Source: Oopsacas minuta
Taxonomy: Eukaryota; Animalia; Porifera
NCBI GenBank assembly: GCA_024704765.1
Contig: JAKMXF010000166.1
Span: forward strand, 304,699-368,698
DNA length: 64,000 bases
Direction: 5' to 3'
The notes beneath the pieces were generated by a model, which did no database searches, was not told where the DNA came from, and worked only from the letters and a program-made list of their open reading frames with translations. Below, piece after piece: positions 32,105-42,100 of the stretch. How positions within the stretch are numbered: the stretch's first letter is position 1; each line of letters begins with the position of its first letter. The position numbers were made by a program, and so were the translations under genes.

Positions 32105-34093
32105 ATGGCTGCCCTATCACCTACATCACATCCTCAAGATAAACACATTACTCCTACAGAAGCTGTGCTCCCTAATTGGAAGCTAGACATACTGGAAAAG
32201 AAACGAAGGGCAAAAGAAGCAGAATTATTAATGAAAGAAGAAGAGAATCTCAAAAAGAAATTTATCCCAGAATGGAAGCGTGAACTAATCAAGAGGACAC
32301 GTAGTACACAGGTTCCAGTATTTAAAATGGCAACACCCCTTCTTCCTATCCCGTCCTCTCCCCCTTCTGTTCCCCCTATAGACCCCTCTCCCAAACAACA
32401 ACAGGACTACCCCCCGCTACCCCCCTGGATCAGAGAAAAACTGTCTAAAGTCGCTAACGAACTCAAATCAGAACAACAAAGCACTCTAACATCAGATACA
32501 GACTCACAAAACCTTCCTCATGTAGTACAAGAAATAGTTAATAAGTTCTCATCCATACCCCCTCCGCTCCCATCTCCATCTGCTGTGACGTCGCAACAGA
32601 TACCTGAAGTTAATTATGATCACAATTTGATGGATGATTCTAGTCTAGCTAATCTCCCTGATTGGAAACGTAACATTATCGTACGCAGAAGGAGAGGACA
32701 AGTTTTGAAGAGATTATCATTAACCAAGGATGATTTAGATATGATATCTTCTAGAAACAAAAGTCCAGCTAAATCAACACCTGATAAAGTTGATATACAG
32801 TTACAGAATATGTCTGATAAACGAGAATTAGACGAGAGAAAACTTGAAATGAAGAAAACTCAAGAAAATGTAAAAGTTGATACAACGATAGATAAATCTA
32901 ATACAAATATTAAGTCAGCTGGTATTCCTAGAACTTTCTTCGTCACTCAAGAACCTCAGATGAAAGTTAAGGAGCTGTTAGATAAATTTGCTCCTATCCC
33001 AAACATGACCCCCTCGGTGATGTTATTTCCTTCTGTACCAAAGAGTATGCGAATAGCCAAGAGACCCCCACCCCCACCTCCTACAACTCCAACTAAGCAA
33101 ATTGTCACGTCATCACCTGCAAGTAACAAGACAGAAGCACCTGATAAGTTACCGTTATCTCCTGAAGTAATTCTGACTGTAGAAGAGTATAACAGACATC
33201 ATGCATTGCTAGTACAAGCTCTTGCAAGTCAAATCAGTCCATCCATGGTTAATGGTAATGAAGATATGTTCAATTTCATAATCCCAGAGAACACACCCTC
33301 TAAACGTGCCCGTACCCTCTCCCCTGATACCCCTATCTCTAGTGTAGATCCATACACAAAAGTTACAGACATATCACAGCCTCTATACCTCCCTCCTAAA
33401 TACGAATACCCCCCGCATGATGTCCCAGAGATTTCAATGAACAATGAAAAGCATATTGACATATCTTTAGAAGAAGTTACATTGAGTTATATTGATGAGG
33501 TCAACGATGAATCTGTGGTACCGATACACCGCCCCATATCCCCTGATCAGGTACCCCTTGTACCCTGGAGGGACACTTTAGAGAAGATAAAGTCTAAGAG
33601 AAAAGAGAGAGTTCCTTCAGATATTTATGAGAATGTTATCATTGTTTCAACTCATGAAGTTCCTATACTCAAATCTTCTCTCAAAACACCAGGAGTACGT
33701 TCACAGAGGGGCAGGATACATTTCTCGGATACAATTCCTTCTGTCTATCAGTACCCAAAACTTGAAGTAGAAGAAGGATTCGGGAATATTAATTCATTCT
33801 CAGCTAATCAAGAAGAACTTTCACATAGATTGCATCCATCGATTTCATCAGCTAGACAAGCACAATCAGATAAGCTACAGAACTACACACCTGCTATTCT
33901 AGACTACTTTGACTCTCTAGTATCAACTCCCGCTCAGCCTGTTTGGATGCAAGGAGAACAGGATGAAGATCAGAGTCCTTCTAGAGATGAGTCAGACGAA
34001 GTGATAGATTCATTCACAGCTGTTCCAGTAGATTTTGAGGATGAATTAGACATGAGTAACTTGTCTGATAGAGCAGCAGCCATGATCTGGTGA
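32105..34093 (+). CDS. Phostensin/taperin-like PP1 regulatory protein
   Basis: Repeated P-x-W-K motifs (LPNWKLDILEKKRR, IPEWKRELIKR, LPDWKRNIIVRRRR). C-terminal RIHFSD..SVYQYP (RVxF followed by YxYP) and LQNYTP. Confidence 0.7.
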   Translation: MAALSPTSHPQDKHITPTEAVLPNWKLDILEKKRRAKEAELLMKEEENLKKKFIPEWKRELIKRTRSTQVPVFKMATPLLPIPSSPPSVPPIDPSPKQQQDYPPLPPWIREKLSKVANELKSEQQSTLTSDTDSQNLPHVVQEIVNKFSSIPPPLPSPSAVTSQQIPEVNYDHNLMDDSSLANLPDWKRNIIVRRRRGQVLKRLSLTKDDLDMISSRNKSPAKSTPDKVDIQLQNMSDKRELDERKLEMKKTQENVKVDTTIDKSNTNIKSAGIPRTFFVTQEPQMKVKELLDKFAPIPNMTPSVMLFPSVPKSMRIAKRPPPPPPTTPTKQIVTSSPASNKTEAPDKLPLSPEVILTVEEYNRHHALLVQALASQISPSMVNGNEDMFNFIIPENTPSKRARTLSPDTPISSVDPYTKVTDISQPLYLPPKYEYPPHDVPEISMNNEKHIDISLEEVTLSYIDEVNDESVVPIHRPISPDQVPLVPWRDTLEKIKSKRKERVPSDIYENVIIVSTHEVPILKSSLKTPGVRSQRGRIHFSDTIPSVYQYPKLEVEEGFGNINSFSANQEELSHRLHPSISSARQAQSDKLQNYTPAILDYFDSLVSTPAQPVWMQGEQDEDQSPSRDESDEVIDSFTAVPVDFEDELDMSNLSDRAAAMIW

Positions 34094-34685
34094 CAGGCTA
34101 AACAGTTATACAGGTCGTACAGCTGCTGTGTGTTTTGAGGATTGATGTAGACCGTATACACTAAGTAACTTTACAGCTTATATTGCCAAATTAATTATCT
34201 CTATTTATTTGGATTATTACGAATATTTTATTCATTATTTAAATCAGATTTAATAAGTGTTATTTGCTTTCCTCCTCTACTCAATGTATTTTACGCAGTG
34301 TTGCCAACGGAAATTTTGAAAAACCCAAATTGAAGCTTAAAATATCCCAAGTTGGTGTGCAAGTTGGTGAGATTAACAAGTTGGTCTGGTTGACTAATAC
34401 GCGTATTATTTGTATTAGCATTCCAAATGTTGATTCTTCTGAAGCCTGAACAACCGGACAGTCTCTTAGGCCATGAGATAGATAGCGATAGCTGTTAATT
34501 AATACCTAACAGTCACAATTTTCCGCTAAACAAGATGTTAAACTGTGAGCGTAGTTACCCAGCCACTACTCACTGGTATATGGTATCCTGAAAATAGAGA
34601 TAACGCATGGTAAGTTTATTAGAAAACAATTACGTAATACGATTAATATGTAATACGCTTCAGTCACAATTAGAATTTAATATCA

Positions 34686-34841
34686 AACCATAATATTATT
34701 CTGTGAATGTGTTATAAGTAAGGATGATTTTATTTCTGATTGCTTTACTAAAAACTTGACTAAATCTTCATATAAAATTTGCAGGTAAGTTGGCTTTAAG
34801 CTTTAGTGTCATCCCGACACTTTATATAAATACAAGAGATT
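34686..34841 (+). repeat. Dispersed ~155-bp repeat with CAG|GTAAGT and a 6-bp hairpin (copy A)
   Basis: Aligns by eye with 46343-46502 and its mirror 61353-61512. Confidence 0.7.
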
Positions 34842-35538
34842 GTGGTTGTGTACCCTTAATAAATCTTATGATGTTATCTTAAGATTTATTGAGGCTTCAC
34901 TTTTGTTGTGTTTCGTCAAGTGTTGTCAGATTTAAAACTAGGTTAGATTTTTTGACTTCTAAAAATTCCTAAGATTCATATGCATTGTGTATGCTTGTTC
35001 ATTTTAATGATTATAGTGAGTAACGTGCTTTTAAATATCAACAACTTCCCTGTTTCCTTAAGTGTGTTCAAAGTTACGTAACGCAAATTTCTATAAATCT
35101 TCAAATAGGTTATATAAGTGATCTCCACTGTATTCAAAAGTCCGAGCTTTTTCGAGGAATTTTCTTGTTGAGTTTATTCTAATAATGAATACTGGCACTT
35201 CCCTACAGTCCGAAATATCGTGCAAAACAATTTGGTACATGGTACATGAAAATAGGGAAGGATTATTCATTGAATTTGCATTATCGGCAACTCATTGGGA
35301 TCGTTAACAGAGTTGGATTATAGAGGTCTTCCGTATCATGCAGGGTTCCATTGTACATACGTAAATGATAAATTCGCCAAGCTTAACTGCCGAACCTTGG
35401 GACTCGAATGACCCCATAAGTTAAGAAATACTGCTATAATTCTGTTTACGGCCAAACCCTTTGTATTACCCATAATCTACCGTATTTATCATATGTATTG
35501 ATAAAATTAACTCACATTTAATTAGTAATATTATTGAC

Positions 35539-36747
35539 ATGGCAGCTAAAGATCCACCAAATGATATATTCGATTCTCTAGCAGCTGACATTATCGAATT
35601 ATTTGATAAATTGTTTTCTCAAATACATGCAAGAAAAGATGCTTTGTTGGTTGAATTGGAATCAAGAAAACTTGCATTTTATGAAAAATTGAAAACTCAG
35701 AATTCAGACCTCCAGGAACTAGAAAAAGCTCGCGGGCAATTGGAGAAAATCAATCTTGAACAATCAAAGACTGATTTGTTTATACAATCATTTGAGTCTA
35801 TCGATAAGCAAATTAGCATGCTTAAAACCGAGCAATCTCCCAAACTCAAATTCGATTATTCTATCACTGAAATTAGTTCCAAAATACAAAAACTTGGATC
35901 AATTTTAGAGTTAACAAGACAAAATTTGTATTCAAACGTAACACAAGCAACTAATATTTTCGGCGACTCTGGAAAGAAAAACAAGAGCAGATTTACTTCG
36001 CCCCAATATATATTCTCTGACAGAAGCAGACTATTCATGTTAAATTCAGATAAACTACGAATTCATTTTTACCATGGGAGCAAGAAAGCCGAGATTGAGC
36101 ATGAAGAAATATCCCCGCTTTGTGTTGTCGCCCATGATTGTTACATTTATGTTTGTTGTAAAGAATATCCACACGACTATTCTATCCGTAAATACAATAA
36201 GGATACTTATAAATGCAAAACCACTGTAAACCAAACTGGAGGATCCAGTAAGTACCTGGAATTCCCATGTGGTATTGCTCTCGCAGGTTATAATAACATT
36301 CTCATTGCGGACTGTAATAACAATAGAGTTTGTGTATTTGATTCAAATCTGTATTACAAGCGAGAATTTGGCATTGGAGAACTTAAAAAACCGAAATCTA
36401 TACAGGTTAGCGATGAACTAGTATACGTACTTCATAGCAACCAGTATTACATTCAGGTATTTAACCTATCTGGAGAAAAAGTTGATTCTATTTTACCTAT
36501 TCACCGAATTAGGTTGAAAGATCCGAAATCATTTTGTCTAGATGACCAATGCAATATAATAATAGCAGATTATGGAGCAGACACAATCAAGATATTCACT
36601 CCTGCAGGAGAGATAATCCACAAGATAGGGAGAGAGACTCCTGGTACTGAAGACGTGTCAGGGTGTTTTGGTGTTGTTTGGATTGAAGGCAGATTGATTG
36701 TTTCATGTGAAAGTCTTGATTGTATTAAATCATTCTATATGATTTGA
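35539..36747 (+). CDS. Coiled-coil + NHL-repeat protein (TRIM/NHL-like, no RING or B-box)
   Basis: N-terminal coiled coil; NHL blades (FPCGIALAGYNNILIADCNNNRVCVFD; PKSFCLDDQCNIIIADYGADTIKIF). Confidence 0.85.
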   Translation: MAAKDPPNDIFDSLAADIIELFDKLFSQIHARKDALLVELESRKLAFYEKLKTQNSDLQELEKARGQLEKINLEQSKTDLFIQSFESIDKQISMLKTEQSPKLKFDYSITEISSKIQKLGSILELTRQNLYSNVTQATNIFGDSGKKNKSRFTSPQYIFSDRSRLFMLNSDKLRIHFYHGSKKAEIEHEEISPLCVVAHDCYIYVCCKEYPHDYSIRKYNKDTYKCKTTVNQTGGSSKYLEFPCGIALAGYNNILIADCNNNRVCVFDSNLYYKREFGIGELKKPKSIQVSDELVYVLHSNQYYIQVFNLSGEKVDSILPIHRIRLKDPKSFCLDDQCNIIIADYGADTIKIFTPAGEIIHKIGRETPGTEDVSGCFGVVWIEGRLIVSCESLDCIKSFYMI

Positions 36748-37016
36748 TAATTATAGTCGAATTTCTTAGTCACTTTATTGATCTAGAACGAACAATTTCG
36801 AGTATTATTACTTCATTATATCTAATTCGAAATATATTGCTGAATTTCATATTTTCTTAGATTTTTCTAGAGCACATACACTTATTAGATTTTTGAACAA
36901 TTAGATGATCATGTATTATTGTGTTAATGAATCATATCACTTTTCTTTCCAGTTGTATTACTTGGGTTCGTTTCAGGGGTCAAATAGACTGACCAAACAT
37001 AACAATATATAAATTA

Positions 37017-37289
37017 CAGTATGACCCTCGCTTATCCGAACAGGGCCTAAAGGTTATAGGACCCGGCTAATTTTCAAAAAGTCCTAATTATATCCAATTC
37101 TACCCTGACAATACATAATAGTATACTATTACACATGTTGGCTGCCTTTTCATAATTTGTACAACTTTTGAAAAAATGTACTCCTAGATCCTATAATATT
37201 GTTTGTTTTGTTTCAATGTATTCGCTGATCCGAACGAAATATTTTGCAATTGGAACTGTCCTATTCGGATTAGCGACGAGGGTTTGCTG
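37017..37289. mobile_element. Tc1/pogo-type MITE
   Basis: CAGTATGACCCTCGCTTATCCGAA / TTCGGATTAGCGACGAGGGTTTGCTG; TA flanks. Confidence 0.65.
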
Positions 37290-37546
37290 TAGTACTGTTT
37301 GCCATAGTTAATTGACTTTATTGTTGAATTGCATTATTTTAAGTGAAAACAATTAATTGTTTATCTGATGTAGTAATATACCTGGCTCCCATACCGAATA
37401 GTTACACTATGCATTGCTTTGCTTTGCTTGAATCCATGCTTTCACCTTACTAATGGTAAACCTTCTCCCTAGCCGGCGATATGACTCTAACATAATCTAT
37501 AAAACACCCGATAAATTAGCTCATTTTCTAATTTATACTTAGTCTT

Positions 37547-38617
37547 ATGTGTGCTCCTTCGGACGAGGCTAGTCAGCAATCTAGAAAGATTGATAAATTT
37601 ATTACAGATGATCTCAAAAGAACTAAATCAGAATTACGAGTACTTCTCCTCGGTACTGGAGAAAGCGGGAAGACTACTGTAATAAAACAAATGCGGATCA
37701 ATTATGGGGACGGATTCGATCAGGAATCAAGAGCTAAACTCCGTCCTAATATCTACAGGAACATATATAATGCTGTCCACTATATTATCAATGGAATGGA
37801 TACTTTAGGTCTTAAATACGCAAAATCTTCCATTACAGATCGAGAAATTGACAGCCTCCTGGAGGTTGATCTGAATGCAATTCGTGACCAAATCTCTGAC
37901 AGGCACAAGATACTTATAAAGAAATTCCTAGCAGACTCTAACGTGAAAACTTGCATACAGCAACATGAGAAAATCCATATGACAAAATCTGCTGTGGATT
38001 TTCTGGATAAAATAGATGAGATTTTCAATCCTGACTACATCCCCAGCATACAAGATATCCTCCTGGAGAGGACACCATCTACTGGCATAAAGGAATACAT
38101 GTTCGGTCTAAAACACGGAGGTAATAAGTATAATTTTAGAATGATGGATGTGGGTGGACAGAAAAATGAACGACGAAAATGGATACATGCATTTGAGCGT
38201 GTGAATGCAGTAATATTCCTTACAGCTATATCTGAATATGATCAAGAGTTGGAAGAGGAGCCTGGGTCTAATCGCCTGTCTGGAAGCGCTGATTTGTTTC
38301 AACAGGTCGCTAACTTGGAGTGGTTCCCTGCCAGAGACACCTCTTTAATTCTCTTCTTAAATAAAATAGATCTTTTTGATGTGAAGATGAAAACTATCTC
38401 TTTCAAAAAATATTTTCCTTCTTACACCGGAAGGGATTTGAATCCTGATTCAGTCAAATCTTATATCCAGCAGCTCTTCTTTTCCCAAGCCCCCAAAAGG
38501 AATATCGTATCGCATTATACATGCGCAATTGATACAAAGCAAATCAAAAAGATTTTCGAAGCAGTGAAAGCGAACTTGATTGAAAGGCACTTGAATATCA
38601 TCACAGGTGCTCTATAA
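37547..38617 (+). CDS. Heterotrimeric G protein alpha subunit, divergent (Gq-like P-loop)
   Basis: G1 LLLGTGESGKTT, G2 RTPSTG, G3 DVGGQ, G4 LFLNKID, G5 TCAIDT; intronless; 356 aa. Confidence 0.95.
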   Translation: MCAPSDEASQQSRKIDKFITDDLKRTKSELRVLLLGTGESGKTTVIKQMRINYGDGFDQESRAKLRPNIYRNIYNAVHYIINGMDTLGLKYAKSSITDREIDSLLEVDLNAIRDQISDRHKILIKKFLADSNVKTCIQQHEKIHMTKSAVDFLDKIDEIFNPDYIPSIQDILLERTPSTGIKEYMFGLKHGGNKYNFRMMDVGGQKNERRKWIHAFERVNAVIFLTAISEYDQELEEEPGSNRLSGSADLFQQVANLEWFPARDTSLILFLNKIDLFDVKMKTISFKKYFPSYTGRDLNPDSVKSYIQQLFFSQAPKRNIVSHYTCAIDTKQIKKIFEAVKANLIERHLNIITGAL

Positions 38618-39194
38618 CGTTACATCATTCCTTTATATCACTTAAGTTACTAGGGTAGTGATATTTTTCTAAACTTTCTCACTTATTAGATACCTTAGGT
38701 TTTATGTAATAATATAGTTTTGCTACTTTTATTATTTCATATTTAAAGTGCTTTTATTTTTTGAAAATTCTTAGTCTATTTATAGTAGACGTTTGTTGCT
38801 AGCATTAAGTAGCCATCTGTCAGAATAGAATTTATATATCTTCGTTTAGAATTAATATTTAACGATTGAAGTTACATATATGCGCTATATTGGGTATAAT
38901 TCTTTTGACACATTTATCTTGAGTACATAACTTATGTTGATTAAGTTCATAAGTGAGTAACAGGTCTGCTATTGACTTAAGCACAAATCCTGATTGAGGG
39001 TTATGGCTCGGTCGCAGCCCCGTTGAACAAATACAAAGTATATGTGTGAGCCACCCTGGATCATTCAATTTTTAGAAGTTCGGTATCCTCTGCCCATACT
39101 CACTGTAATAACCAGTTTAGTCCTTACAGTATACTCTGACTATTGGAGTTAGTAAATTATCGTTACTTATAATTTATATATAACAATAGGTGTT

Positions 39195-42100
39195 ATGCCT
39201 AAGCATAAGAAACACCTCGTGAAAGGCTCGAAGCACGTCTCTAAGATCATAGGCAGTGACGATGAAATACAATCTACTGATGAATCAGTTCGTAGTGCAG
39301 ATAGTTTAAGTATAGAAGATGATAAGCCTTCTATTCTGGCAGGAACTACACACACGATAAGTAGATTATCCTCTTCTTCTATTGAGGACTTTCCTTCTAC
39401 TAGATCACATATCAGAGATCCGTTAAATCTGTCTAAGCCAGCTCTTACTGAGAGACAACAACTGAATTTGTTACTTAAGTCAACAGCTGAGGAGCCTCCT
39501 CGATCTCCAAACCCTCTCACTCTCCCCTCCCATAAGAAACAGCTCCCTCGGGTACAGAGACGTAACGCACAGGGAGAGACCCCTCTACACCTGGCTAGTA
39601 TCAGAGGTGAACTCAGTACTGCTATGGATCTGGTAGCTCAAGGAGCACAGGTACTTTATCAGATGTTAATTATTGTTTGGTAGCAGCAGATTATTCTGAT
39701 TAGTATTTAGAACGTAAACTCTTAAGTTCATTTTTTGTTGGGACAAGGGTGTGAAAAACGATTAATCATATAATATGTGTATAGTAGAATTTTGATAAGA
39801 CTTAAGACAGGTAAAACGTAATACCTCAATATCCCAATAAATTATTCCCATCAATTTTAATGGTAATCGGACACTTCGTCGCCTGAACATTAGTCGTCAG
39901 ACAAGGTTGAGAAGCTGAGCATGTGAGTAAACTAAATGGATAGCAGTGAAGAATTTTGATGTGATTGTAGAAGGATCTGAAGGCTGTGAGTTGCGCTTGG
40001 ATATTTAGAACTGACTAAGAAGATGCTATAAAATGGATTTTGACAGGATTATCTAGCGTCGCTTTGTTCAAGTTGGAGAAGCTGAATTTTAAGCCTGTCG
40101 CAAATTATGACAATAGAGAAACTCTCTCCTATTTAAGAGGGATAGCACACAACTTTCAATTTTAAACTATGCATATAATACACTTATCTCTTTTATATAA
40201 TACAGCATATATTAAAGTTTGTGACCGTTATATTATTTAGTACTTCCGTAATATACTTATCGATTAATATCCAGACTAAATGTCCGGCGACAAAGTGTCC
40301 GCCATTCAATTTTAATACAATATCTATTCGGGTAAGACATCATTTATGAATTCCCTTTCTATCAGGTCAATACACCAGATAACGCAGGCTGGACACCACT
40401 TCACGAGGCTGCTAACTTTGGACACACCTCCTTAGTAGCATTCCTATTGAGATGTGGAGCTAAAGCAAATGCTCAAAGTATTGACAGAGAAACTCCTCTC
40501 CATGATGCTGCTCTATCTGGTCACGAGAAGATATGTAAACTACTGCTTCATTACGGTGCTAACCCACTCAACGTCAACAAAGATGGTAAATTATTGCTGT
40601 AATATAATGAAATGACATGCTAACTATTACTTGCATTGAATACCCTATCATGTATCCTCAGGGAGTATGTATAGACATTTCCATAAATAGAGATTGTATT
40701 ACCAAACTTTAACATCAAATTATGAAATATCTGCAACAAATTGCTCATTCAGATCTTTGGCGAACAGATATTGTAGATGATTTAGATTTAAATTTAAAAT
40801 TTTCTTGGTATACTCCTTTGTATTCATGACTCGTATAGAGTATGTATACGAATATATGAGTGTAGGGCAACTGGCTGATGGTTCTCGAAGCGTATTTGAT
40901 TGGTCATGAACTTATTACGTATATTAAAATGGACAATACGAATAGAGATACCATTTACACACAGTCAAGATAGGTCTCTACGTTTATAGACAGACTATAA
41001 TTGATATACATAGATTAATGCAATTTTGCAAATTCATTTAATGGTCAGTGTATACACCAAATTCTGTCAAATCTGCTGATGTCTAGTTGTGACGTTGGAC
41101 ATAATTTTCTGGCGTCTAGACATACAAATTAGAATATACATATATTCTATCAGAGCTATTATTCTATCATCGATAAAATCCGGTGGATGTAGATATATTC
41201 CACGAAATGGCCGAAGTTGTCATATGTAGAGTTACTATGTATAAACCTTGCCGATCAGGTTGTAGATCTCCTTCCTCGCCACTAGGCCACTACTGCTGAT
41301 GTCAATCAGATTAAGGTTAGACTGAAATTCAAACAAATTCTTGGGTACATACATGGGTATTTCAAGAGTATTTACGGCTAGAAGAGTGACTCAAACACCT
41401 ACACAGTACCAGTTGAAGTATACACGGTACGGCCTCGCCGTACTGCCCGTACCTCTTTTTGAAATGAAGTCCAGCCCATGAAACGTGTACAATTTTTCGG
41501 TGTACCTGGCACCCTGTTCATGGAGGTTACATTGTAGCAGCTTAAAATAATATTTCTACTTTGTATTTATTCTAATACTCAACTGAATAGATTTTGGCTT
41601 AGTAATTTAGAGTAAGCAAATACTACCAATTTGCTTATGTCCCTTTCTGGAAATACGATCCTTGTATTTACCATTTAGTAATGTTCCTTTATGAATTTTG
41701 GAAATGTCATTATTTAGCGGTGGTTACACCTTGGAGTGTGCTGATAAGAATATTTTTCAAATCTTTGTTGCATGAAAATTTGTTTTTGGGATTTTGAGGG
41801 CTATTCTGTTACATGTAACAATGTTGCAAGAATAGGAACATAATTTTTCTGCAACAATGTGCAATAAAATTTAATTTTTGCATGTAACCTTATTGCATCG
41901 TGTATGTTACCTTGTTGCTGTAACAAATTTGTGTGCAGCAAAGTTGCATCGTGTATATATTATACGTAGAGACTTGCTCTTAAAATATATGTAGAGGCTT
42001 GGTCTTAATGGCTACAATGTGGTAACAGAGTACGCTGAATCTGAACTTTGCATTTTCAATTTTTTCATACATTTCATAGATTTTGTTATTTTATCCTCTA

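Noticed and set aside
34782-34790. ACTTACCTG on the minus strand suggesting U1 snRNA
   Set aside because: Just the complement of a consensus donor; the following sequence does not resemble U1.
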